A stretch of 44,219 bases of DNA from an uncultured Eubacteriales bacterium (lineage in GTDB: Bacteria > Bacillota > Clostridia > Christensenellales > Aristaeellaceae), in NCBI GenBank assembly GCA_902773515.1, contig CACYET010000001.1:1-44219 (forward strand), in the 5' to 3' direction. The notes beneath the pieces were generated by a model. That model made no database searches and was not told the origin of the DNA. It saw nothing but the letters and a program-made list of their open reading frames with translations. Made by a program: the position numbers and the translations under genes. How positions within the stretch are numbered: position 1 is the stretch's first letter; each line of letters starts with the position of its first letter. Shown piece after piece: positions 24,519 to 32,159 of this stretch.

Positions 24519-26012
24519 TCACTCCACTTTCCTCAAAAATCGCATTGCTTCCGTTTCGCCGCGGAGCATGCGGTTGAGGTCGACGATGAAATCGCCGAGG
24601 GCGTCGGTAGCCTGGTAGAGGGAGCGGTCGGTGGTGAATACGTCGCCGGTCTTCACCGCCCTGAAGTCGGCAAACAGCGGGCTCTTCTTCAGAAGGTCGG
24701 CCACGCTTTCGAGCGGCGCGTCGATGGCGCCGTTGTAGATCAGGCAGTCGGCGTCCACGGCGACGGCGTAGAAGTCCTCCATGCTGACGGACACCGACGC
24801 GCGCGCGCCCTGCCCCGCCAGCGCCCGGTCGAAGGCGTAGCGGCCCCCGGCCAGCGCGATCATGCCGGCCACGTAGTCGTCCGGGCCGCGCACCACCACG
24901 CCGCCGTCCGTGGCGACGTAGAAGAACGCCACGGTCTTCTCAGCGTCCGGAAAGTCCTCCAGCGCGTCGACGGCGGCGGCCTGCGCGTCGAAGAACGCCT
25001 CGGCCTCGGCCTCGCGGTCCAGCAGCGCGCCGTAGAGCTTCACCCACTCGGTGCGCCCCAGCGGGTGCGCCTCGTAGCTGGAGCGCTCCACCAGCACCGG
25101 GATGCCCAGCGCCTCCAGCATCTCGCGCACCTTCGGCGCGTGCAATATCATCGTGGATTCGAGCGCCAGGTCGCAGCCGCCGTCCAGCAGCAGCTCGTAG
25201 TCCGGCTCGCTGTACTTGCCCGCGTAGAGGATGTCGCCCCGGCGCATCGCGTCGGCGGCGCTCTCCACGGTCCAGCCGTCCGCGCGCGTGCCGGAGAAGC
25301 GCACCGCGTCCAGCGCGTCCAGCGCGTCGAACAGCGCCATGGCCGCCGTGGCCGCGAGGTACACCTTATCCAGCGGCTGGCGCAGCACGCGCACGCCGCC
25401 GTCCAGCCCGTCCGGGACCGCGCCGCCCTCCGGCACCACCAGATAGCGCGCGCCGTCCGCGAGGGTCAGCAGCTTATAGCCGCCGTCGTAGTAGTCGACG
25501 GCGAACTGGCGGGCGTAGCGCAGCGGCAGCTCCCGCCGCCACGCGAGCCCGGGGATGTCCCGCGCGCGCGCGCCGAGGTCGACGGCCTCCCCCGCGTCCG
25601 CCGGGGCCACGTCCGGCTCCGCCTGCGGGGCGTCCTCGCCCAGGTAGATGTGCAGCGTGTACTCGATGTCGTGCGGCGCGGACATGGCCGTGGTGGTCGC
25701 GACGACGGTGAAGTCCGCGTTGACGGGCGCGGGCACCTCGAACACGGACGCGTCGCTTTCGCGCGCCGGGGCGTATGCCGCGCCGTCCAGCACCAGTTTG
25801 GAGTAGTTCGGGCTGGAGAACGTCAGCGTGGCGAACGCCGTCCCGCCCCGGACGACGAGCTTCGGGCAGGAGATGGTCACGCGGCCGCTGCCGCCGGAGA
25901 ACGCGAAGCCGTCCGGCGCGTATTCGCCGTCCGGCAGGCCGCCCTCCGCGAGCGCCGCCGCGCCGACGGCCAGCGCCAGCGCCAGAAGCAGGGCCAGTAT
26001 CCGACCGCGCAT
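24519..26012 (-). CDS. Secreted ABC-transporter substrate-binding protein (Fe-siderophore/haem/B12 type) with an extra N-terminal domain of about 110 aa
   Basis: Start MRGRILALLLALALAVGAAALA at 26012 after GGGAGGGGAG. The C-terminal 330 aa have the layout of a Peripla_BP_2-type binding protein (YARQFAVDYYDGGYKLLTL...VYLAATAAM...). No permease or ATPase gene is adjacent. Confidence 0.8.
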   Translation of the reverse strand: MRGRILALLLALALAVGAAALAEGGLPDGEYAPDGFAFSGGSGRVTISCPKLVVRGGTAFATLTFSSPNYSKLVLDGAAYAPARESDASVFEVPAPVNADFTVVATTTAMSAPHDIEYTLHIYLGEDAPQAEPDVAPADAGEAVDLGARARDIPGLAWRRELPLRYARQFAVDYYDGGYKLLTLADGARYLVVPEGGAVPDGLDGGVRVLRQPLDKVYLAATAAMALFDALDALDAVRFSGTRADGWTVESAADAMRRGDILYAGKYSEPDYELLLDGGCDLALESTMILHAPKVREMLEALGIPVLVERSSYEAHPLGRTEWVKLYGALLDREAEAEAFFDAQAAAVDALEDFPDAEKTVAFFYVATDGGVVVRGPDDYVAGMIALAGGRYAFDRALAGQGARASVSVSMEDFYAVAVDADCLIYNGAIDAPLESVADLLKKSPLFADFRAVKTGDVFTTDRSLYQATDALGDFIVDLNRMLRGETEAMRFLRKVE

Positions 26013-26153
26013 GCGCCTCACTCCCCTCCCGATCCTTTCCTCTATTATACATGACATGTTTGGAATGTCAAAGGAAAAGGGCGGCGATAAAATGAATACC
26101 GGTGAAAAATACAGTGAAGAGTGGCGTGCCAACTGAAACAGGATATCAGGAGA

Positions 26154-26288
26154 ACCAGATTGCCACGTCACCCCTGCGGGGTTCCTCGCAATGACATACA
26201 CCGAGGCGCAACCGAACAACGTCATTGCGAGGAGGGGAGGGTCGATCATCGTCAGATGATTCAACCCTCCCCGACGTGGCAATCTGGT
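26154..26288. repeat. Family D palindromic element (CCAGATTGCCACGTC...CCTCGCAATGAC / GTCATTGCGAGG...GACGTGGCAATCTGG)
   Basis: Arms 26154-26195 and 26221-26288 are reverse complements at both their outer and inner ends. Confidence 0.8.
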
Positions 26289-26297
26289 CTTTCACCA

Positions 26298-26366
26298 TTC
26301 CTGCTCCCTACTGCCTACTCCCTACTCCCTACTCCCTACTCCCTACTGCCTGCTCCCTACTCCCTG
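26298..26366. repeat. Heptad repeat tract (TCCCTAC / TGCCTAC), about 9 units, family C
   Basis: ttcctgctccctactgcctactccctactccctactccctactccctactgcctgctccctactccctg. It ends at the Dabb stop codon. Confidence 0.85.
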
Positions 26367-26654
26367 TCAATAATGATCAAACGTCGCCTTGTCCGCGACG
26401 CGATCGAGGATCTTGTCGCGCAGCTTTTCCACCAGCGGGAGTGCCTGGTACTCCTTCACCTGCGCCTCGCTTTCCAGCTCAAAGCTGGCCATCAGGTCGT
26501 AGCTGGACTCGGTGCCCTTGCAGCAGCGGCAGATGTTCGGCTTGTTCAGCCAGTCCAGCTCGTCGTCCAGCTTGCGAAAGGTCTTCCAGATCCGCTCCTG
26601 GATCTCCACCGGGTCCGTGTCCGGCTTCAGCTTGATGAGCATGATGTGTTTCAT
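26367..26654 (-). CDS. Dabb (stress-responsive alpha/beta-barrel) domain protein
   Basis: MKHIMLIKLKPDTDPVEIQERIWKTFRKL... RBS AAAAGGAGGG. About 95 aa with an unusual CRCC cluster. Confidence 0.75.
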   Translation of the reverse strand: MKHIMLIKLKPDTDPVEIQERIWKTFRKLDDELDWLNKPNICRCCKGTESSYDLMASFELESEAQVKEYQALPLVEKLRDKILDRVADKATFDHY

Positions 26655-26671
26655 GGGATTCCCTCCTTTTC

Positions 26672-27973
26672 TCAGATCCGGCACTCCGCCTCTCCGAGGT
26701 CCAGGCCCTCGTTGAACCTCCGGGCGTTTTCAAGGGTCTCGGCGGCGATGGCCTGCAGGGCTTCGCGGGTGAAGAACGCCTGGTGCGAGGTCATCACCAC
26801 GTTGGGGAACATCTGCAGCCGCGCCGTGACGTCGTTGTTCAGGAATTCGGTGGAGCGGTCGGTGTACACGTTGTCGTCCTCGCCCTCGTACACGTCCAGC
26901 CCCACGGCGTGGAACTTGCCGTTCTTGAGGGCCTCGATCAGCGCCTCGGTGTCGATCAGGCCGCCGCGCGCGGTGTTCACCAGCATGGCGGTGTCCTTCA
27001 TCCGGGCGATGGCCGCCGCGTCGATCAGGTGCCAGGTGCCGCCCGGGCCCGCGATCAGCGGCGCGTGCAGCGAGATCAGGTCCGCGCGCTCCAAGAGCTC
27101 GTCCCTGTCCACGTAGGTCAGCAGCCCCTCCTCCTCCAGCGCCGGGTTCGGGAAGGCGTCCCACGCGAGCACCGTCATGCCGAAGCCTTTGCAGATGCGG
27201 GCCATGCACTGGCCGATCTTGCCCGTGCCCAGGATGCCGGCCACCTTGTTGTGCAGGTCCACGCCCAGCAGGCCCGACAGCGCGAAGTTGTTGTCACGCA
27301 CCTTGTTCACGGCCTTGTGCAGGCGGCGGTTGGCGGTCATGATCAGGCTCATGGCGTGCTCGGCCACGGCGTAGGGCGAGTAGGCCGGCACGCGCGCCAC
27401 CTTGATGCCGCACTCCTTCGCGGCCTGCAGGTCCACGTTGTTGAAGCCCGCGCAGCGCAGCAGGATCAGCTTCACGCCGCAGTCCTTGAGCGTCTCCACC
27501 GCCTCGCGGGGCAACTCGTCGTTCACGAACACGCACACCGCGTCGAAGCCCCGCGCCAGGTTCGCCGTCTCCGGCGTCAGGCGGCAGCTGTAGTACTTGA
27601 TATCGCAGTTGTAGGTGCCCTCGCCGCGATCCTTCGCCAGCTCGCTGAAGAACAGGCGATCGTAGTCCTTGGTGCCGAAGAAGGCGATGCGCATCACGTC
27701 CGTCCGGCGCTTGTCCCGCAGCTTTTCGCACAGCACGCGGCGCACCTCGTTCAGCGCGGCCTGCTCGTCGCCGCCCTCGGCGACGATCTCCAGCACCGAG
27801 CCCTTCACGGCGTGCAGCGCCAATATCTCCAGCACGTTGGACCCGCTGGCGGATTTGCCGTTGTACCTGACGGTGATCTGCGAGGACAGGTTCACGCACG
27901 CCTGGGCCAGGAAGGCCGCGGGCCGCGCGTGCATCCCCAGCGTGTTTTGGACTTCAAAGGTCATCGTGGTCAT
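26672..27973 (-). CDS. Fusion protein: HPr-like PTS phosphocarrier domain (aa 1-85) plus D-lactate dehydrogenase (LdhA-type 2-hydroxyacid dehydrogenase, aa 94-433)
   Basis: N-terminus MTTMTFEVQNTLGMHARPAAFLAQ... has the His-15 motif G-x-HARPA. A linker RDKRRTDV leads to MRIAFFGTKDYD...LRCAGFNNVDL...GTGKIGQ...TSHQAFFT. There is no stop between the two parts. RBS AAGGAG lies 8 nt before the ATG at 27973. Confidence 0.85.
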   Translation of the reverse strand: MTTMTFEVQNTLGMHARPAAFLAQACVNLSSQITVRYNGKSASGSNVLEILALHAVKGSVLEIVAEGGDEQAALNEVRRVLCEKLRDKRRTDVMRIAFFGTKDYDRLFFSELAKDRGEGTYNCDIKYYSCRLTPETANLARGFDAVCVFVNDELPREAVETLKDCGVKLILLRCAGFNNVDLQAAKECGIKVARVPAYSPYAVAEHAMSLIMTANRRLHKAVNKVRDNNFALSGLLGVDLHNKVAGILGTGKIGQCMARICKGFGMTVLAWDAFPNPALEEEGLLTYVDRDELLERADLISLHAPLIAGPGGTWHLIDAAAIARMKDTAMLVNTARGGLIDTEALIEALKNGKFHAVGLDVYEGEDDNVYTDRSTEFLNNDVTARLQMFPNVVMTSHQAFFTREALQAIAAETLENARRFNEGLDLGEAECRI

Positions 27974-28056
27974 GGGCGAGTCTCCTTGTCGTTCTGTTTT
28001 GCGTCTTTGCCCGACGATCGGTATTCTTCCAAACCAATACGCCGTCCATACCCAAA

Positions 28057-28132
28057 CGTACAGATTCTTCGCTTTGCTCAGAATGACAGGCGTGCCGCGG
28101 TGTCATCCTGAGCGCAGCGAAGGATCTGTACG
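28057..28132. repeat. Family B palindromic element between ptsI and the HPr::LDH gene
   Basis: cgtacagattcttcgctttgctcagaatgaca...tgtcatcctgagcgcagcgaaggatctgtacg. Confidence 0.9.
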
Positions 28133-28156
28133 CATCGCTTTGGAATTGTTCGGAAA

Positions 28157-29836
28157 TCAGATCGCGTTCTCGTCTCCGAGCAGGTCCGCGAGCACCTTCT
28201 CCTTCACGTCGGACAGGGTGACCTCGCGGATCTTCTGCCGCAGGGGCAGCACGCTGCGCGGGGAGACGGACAGCTCGTCGATGCCGATGGAGAGGAAGGT
28301 CTCCGTCAGCTCGAGGTCCGCGCCCAGCTCGCCGCAGATGCCGACCCACACGCCGTTCTTGTGCGCGTTGTCGCACACCATCTTCAGAAGGCGCAGCACG
28401 GCCGGGTGATGCGGGTTGAAGAAGCGGCCCAGGTCGTTGTTCTGGCGGTCGCAGGCCAGCGTGTACTGGGTCAGGTCGTTCGTGCCGCAGGAGAAGAAGT
28501 CCACCAGCTTGGCCAGCCGGTCGCTCATCACCGCCGCGGCGGGCGTCTCGATCATGATGCCGATCTCCACGTCGTCGGCGTACGGCTTGCCCTCGGCGTC
28601 CAGCTCCTTCTTCACGATCTCGCACATCTTGCGGGCTTCCTTGACCTCCCACACGCTGGTGACCATCGGGAACATGATGCCCAGGTGGCCGTAGGCGGAG
28701 GCGCGGTAGAGCGCGCGCAGCTGGGTCTTGAAGATCTCAGGCCGGTTCAGGCAGATGCGCAGCGCGCGGTTGCCCAGCGCCGGGTTCTCCTCCTTGGGCA
28801 TCTGGAAGTAGTCGATCTGCTTGTCCGCGCCGATGTCCAGCGTGCGGATGACGACCTCCTTGTCGCCCATGTCGGAGAGCACCTGCTTGTAGGCCTCGAA
28901 CTGGTATTCCTCGGTCGGATAGTCGTCGCAGTTCAGGTAGAGGAACTCGGAGCGGAACAGGCCCACGCCGCCGCCGTCGTTCGCCAGCACCATCGCCACG
29001 TCCTCGGGGTTGCCGATGTTGCAGAACACCTTGATCTTGTGGCCGTCCTTGGTGATGTTCTCCTCGCCCTTCAACTGCTCCAGCAGCTTCTGGCGCTTGA
29101 GCTGTTCCTCGCGCTTGGCCATCATCACGGTGCGGGTGGCCTCGTCGGCGTCCACCACGATGCTGCCGGTGCCGCCGTCCACGATCACCTCCCGGCCCTC
29201 GTACTCGGCCTTCAGCTGGTTGCCCACGCCGATGATGGCGGGAATGCCCATCGTGCGGGCCAGGATCGCGGTGTGGCTGGAGCCGCTGCCGCCCTCGGTG
29301 ATGAAGCCGAGGATCTTGCTCTTGTCCAGCTGCACGGTCTCCGACGGAGCCAGGTCGTCCGCCGCCAGCACCACCGGCACATCGCTGTCGATGCCGCCCT
29401 GCACGACGCCTGTGAGGATGCCCACGATGCGCCCGGACACGTCCTTCACGTCCGCGGCGCGCGCCTGCATGTAGGTGTCGTCCATCTGGGCGAACATGTC
29501 GGCGAACTGGGCCGCGGTGTCGGTGACGGCCGCCTCGGCGTTCAGCTTTTCTTCCTTAATAAGGCCCTCGATGGCCTCCACGTAGTCGTCGTCCTCGGCC
29601 ATCATCTGGTGGGTTTCAAACAGGAACGCGGCCTCCGCGCCGGCCTCGGCCTCGGCCTTCTGGGCCAACTCGCCCAGCTGCTCGATGGCCTTCGCCTGCG
29701 CGTCCTTGAAGCGCTCCCACTCGGCGCTCGCGTCCTCCACCTGATAGCGGCGGATGGTGCTCTTGGCCCGCTGATAGAAATAGAGCGGCCCCATGGCCAC
29801 GCCGGTGGATACGCCCTTGCCCTGGATTGAGATCAT
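28157..29836 (-). CDS. ptsI: Phosphoenolpyruvate-protein phosphotransferase (PTS enzyme I)
   Basis: MISIQGKGVSTGVAMGPLYF...GGSGSSHTAILARTMGIPA (active-site His)...FFSCGTNDLTQY. The ATG at 29836 lies 8 nt after GGAG. Confidence 0.95.
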   Translation of the reverse strand: MISIQGKGVSTGVAMGPLYFYQRAKSTIRRYQVEDASAEWERFKDAQAKAIEQLGELAQKAEAEAGAEAAFLFETHQMMAEDDDYVEAIEGLIKEEKLNAEAAVTDTAAQFADMFAQMDDTYMQARAADVKDVSGRIVGILTGVVQGGIDSDVPVVLAADDLAPSETVQLDKSKILGFITEGGSGSSHTAILARTMGIPAIIGVGNQLKAEYEGREVIVDGGTGSIVVDADEATRTVMMAKREEQLKRQKLLEQLKGEENITKDGHKIKVFCNIGNPEDVAMVLANDGGGVGLFRSEFLYLNCDDYPTEEYQFEAYKQVLSDMGDKEVVIRTLDIGADKQIDYFQMPKEENPALGNRALRICLNRPEIFKTQLRALYRASAYGHLGIMFPMVTSVWEVKEARKMCEIVKKELDAEGKPYADDVEIGIMIETPAAAVMSDRLAKLVDFFSCGTNDLTQYTLACDRQNNDLGRFFNPHHPAVLRLLKMVCDNAHKNGVWVGICGELGADLELTETFLSIGIDELSVSPRSVLPLRQKIREVTLSDVKEKVLADLLGDENAI

Positions 29837-29863
29837 ATACATCGCTCCTTTCACTCGCTCAGG

Positions 29864-29981
29864 GAGTAGGGAGAAGGGAGTAGGGAGTAGGAAAAGCAAC
29901 TGGCTGCCATGAAAATCCGACAGAATTGGCGGCAGCAATTCACTATTCCTACTGCCTACTCCCTACTGCCTACTCCCTCAT
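29864..29981. repeat. Inverted pair of heptad-repeat tracts (GGGAGTA arm and TACTCCC arm) forming a long hairpin between EIIBCA and ptsI
   Basis: gggagtagggagaagggagtagggagtagg (29864-29893) and ttcctactgcctactccctactgcctactccctc (29948-29981). Confidence 0.8.
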
Positions 29982-30020
29982 TACTTCACATACGTTGGAA
30001 TCGAACTGAGAGGAATGTAG

Positions 30021-31865
30021 TTATTTCGCCCCAAACTCCACGCCGTCGAGGTCGTCGGAGTTGGTCAGCAGCACGGCCACGGTGTCGCTGTAGCCGGCGG
30101 CCTTGATCTTCTCGCGGCTGAAGCGGATCAGCGGCTGGCCCGCCTTCACCTGGTCGCCCTCGGCCACCAGGCACTCGAAGCCGTCGCCGTTCATGGCCAC
30201 GGTATCCACGCCCACGTGGATCAGCAGCTCCATGTCGTTGGCGGAGAGGCCCACCGCGTGCTTGCTGTCGGCCACGGAGCTGATCTCGCCGTCGAACGGC
30301 GCGACCACCACTTCATTCGTCGGCTCGATGCCAACGCCCTGGCCCAGCACGCCGGAGGCGAACGTGTCGTCCGGGATCTGGTCGTAGGGGATCACGTTGC
30401 CCTCGACCGGCTGCAGCACCGTGCCGTTGGCGCAGCGGATGACCGACACCGTGGGCGGTGCGACCTGCGCCGGCGCGGGCGCCGCCGCCACGGGCTTGGG
30501 CGCATCTTCCTTCCAGATCACCGTCGTCACGAAGAAGGCGACGCCCGCGGAGATGACCAGCTCGATGCAGTAGATCGGGATGTTGTTGATGGCCAGCAGG
30601 CCGGGGATGCCGGTGACGCCGTAGGTGGTGGCGCCCAGGTGGGTCAGCGAGCCGAACAGCGCGCCGACCGCGCCGCCGATGACGCCCGCGATAAAGGGCT
30701 TCATGAAGCGGAAGTTCACGCCGAAGATGGCGGGCTCGGTGATGCCCAGCGACGCGGACAGCGAGGAGGGCAGCGCCACGGACTTCAGCTTCTTGTTGCG
30801 GCACTTCAGGGCCACCGCCAAGCAGGCGCCGAACTGCGCGAAGTTCGCGGCCGAGGCGATGGGCATCCAGATGTTCAGGCCCAGCGCGCCCGATAGCATG
30901 CCGGCCTCGATGACGTTGTACATGTGGTGCAGGCCCATGACGACCGTCCAGGGGTAGATCGCGCCCATGATCAGCGCGCCGATGCCGCCCGTGGAAGTCA
31001 CCAGCCACTCGGCGCCGGTCAGCACCCAATTCTCAAGCACCGAGAAGATGGGGCCGATGACCACGAACGTGGCGAAGGCCGTGACCAGCACCGTCACCAG
31101 CGGGGTGACGAACAGGTCGATCATCTCCGGCACCTTCTTGTGCAGCCACTTCTCCACCGTGGACATCAGGAGCACCGCCAGTATGACCGGTATGACGTGG
31201 CCCTGATAGCCCACCTGCGAGATCTTGAAGATGCCCAGGTCCCACACGGCGGGCTGGTTGGTGGGCGTGACGGTCCAGGCGTTCATCAGGCCGGGATGCA
31301 CCATCATCATGCCGATGACGCCGCCGAGGAACAGGTTGCCGCCGAACACGCGGGCCGCCGAGACGGCCACCAGGATGGGCAGCAGCGCGAAGGCCGTGTT
31401 GGCCACGAGGTCGAGGAAGCCGAACCAGCCGCTCTCCGCGAAGGAGGGAATGGCCTTGGCCAGCGCCTCCACCAGGCCCATCATCAGGCCGGAGGCCACG
31501 ATGGCGGGCAGGATGGGCACGAACACGTCGCCCGGGGTCTTCAGGATCTTCTTCCACAGGGGCATCTTGCTGGCCGCGGCGGCCTTGACGTCGGCCTTCG
31601 TGGCGGCGGACGCGCCCGTGACGGACAGGAATTCGTCGTAGACCTTGTTGACGGTGCCGGTGCCGATGATCAGCTGCAGCTGACCGTTGCTCTCAAACAT
31701 GCCCTTGACGCCGTCGATGTTCTCCAGCACTTCCTTGTTGACCTTGCTGTTGTCGGCAATGACCAGCCTGAGTCGGGTTGCGCAGTGGGCCGCGCTGATG
31801 ACGTTCGAGCCGCCGCCGATGTTGGCGGCGATCTGTTCAGCGCATTTGCGATAGTCCAGTGCCAT
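30021..31865 (-). CDS. PTS sugar transporter EIIB-EIIC-EIIA (glucose/sucrose/beta-glucoside superfamily; sugar unknown)
   Basis: EIIB SAAHCATRLRL; EIIC with about 10 TM helices and GITEPAIFG; Pro/Ala linker; EIIA-Glc SKHAVGL...LIHVGVDTV. Confidence 0.92.
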   Translation of the reverse strand: MALDYRKCAEQIAANIGGGSNVISAAHCATRLRLVIADNSKVNKEVLENIDGVKGMFESNGQLQLIIGTGTVNKVYDEFLSVTGASAATKADVKAAAASKMPLWKKILKTPGDVFVPILPAIVASGLMMGLVEALAKAIPSFAESGWFGFLDLVANTAFALLPILVAVSAARVFGGNLFLGGVIGMMMVHPGLMNAWTVTPTNQPAVWDLGIFKISQVGYQGHVIPVILAVLLMSTVEKWLHKKVPEMIDLFVTPLVTVLVTAFATFVVIGPIFSVLENWVLTGAEWLVTSTGGIGALIMGAIYPWTVVMGLHHMYNVIEAGMLSGALGLNIWMPIASAANFAQFGACLAVALKCRNKKLKSVALPSSLSASLGITEPAIFGVNFRFMKPFIAGVIGGAVGALFGSLTHLGATTYGVTGIPGLLAINNIPIYCIELVISAGVAFFVTTVIWKEDAPKPVAAAPAPAQVAPPTVSVIRCANGTVLQPVEGNVIPYDQIPDDTFASGVLGQGVGIEPTNEVVVAPFDGEISSVADSKHAVGLSANDMELLIHVGVDTVAMNGDGFECLVAEGDQVKAGQPLIRFSREKIKAAGYSDTVAVLLTNSDDLDGVEFGAK

Positions 31866-32159
31866 ATCTCTTTTCCCCCTTACTTTGGTTCGCCGGCGGT
31901 CCGAGCATCATTTTGCAATGTATTCGTCATAACCACCATTGATTGATTCCTATTTTACTATATCCCGGCCGAATTGTAAAGCGCTTGGGCGCTTTTGTCT
32001 TGTTTTCGTTAAAGAACGCATACCATTGTTAACGTTTTCCGTGCCAAATCGGGGGTTGGCGCTTTACATACTTTACAGAATTGCAATCTACTGTTATAAT
32101 GCAGTCAGAGGGTCGGCCCTCGCATCCGATCAAAATCCATCCATCAAGGGGGAAAGACC

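Noticed and set aside
27694-27720. Reading HPr and LdhA as two separate genes
   Set aside because: There is no stop codon between the HPr module and the LdhA Met94, and only a weak GGAC precedes that ATG. The fusion is what the DNA shows, though an internal start cannot be excluded (see findings).
31975-32060. cre-like (CcpA) site TTGTTAACGTTTTCC and a hairpin AAAGCGC-ttgg-GCGCTTT in the PTS/reductase divergent region
   Set aside because: The cre match has at least two mismatches to WTGNAANCGNWNNCW at conserved positions. The second candidate (TGTAAAGCGCTT) has an extra base. The hairpin has no upstream gene to terminate. This is too weak to annotate.
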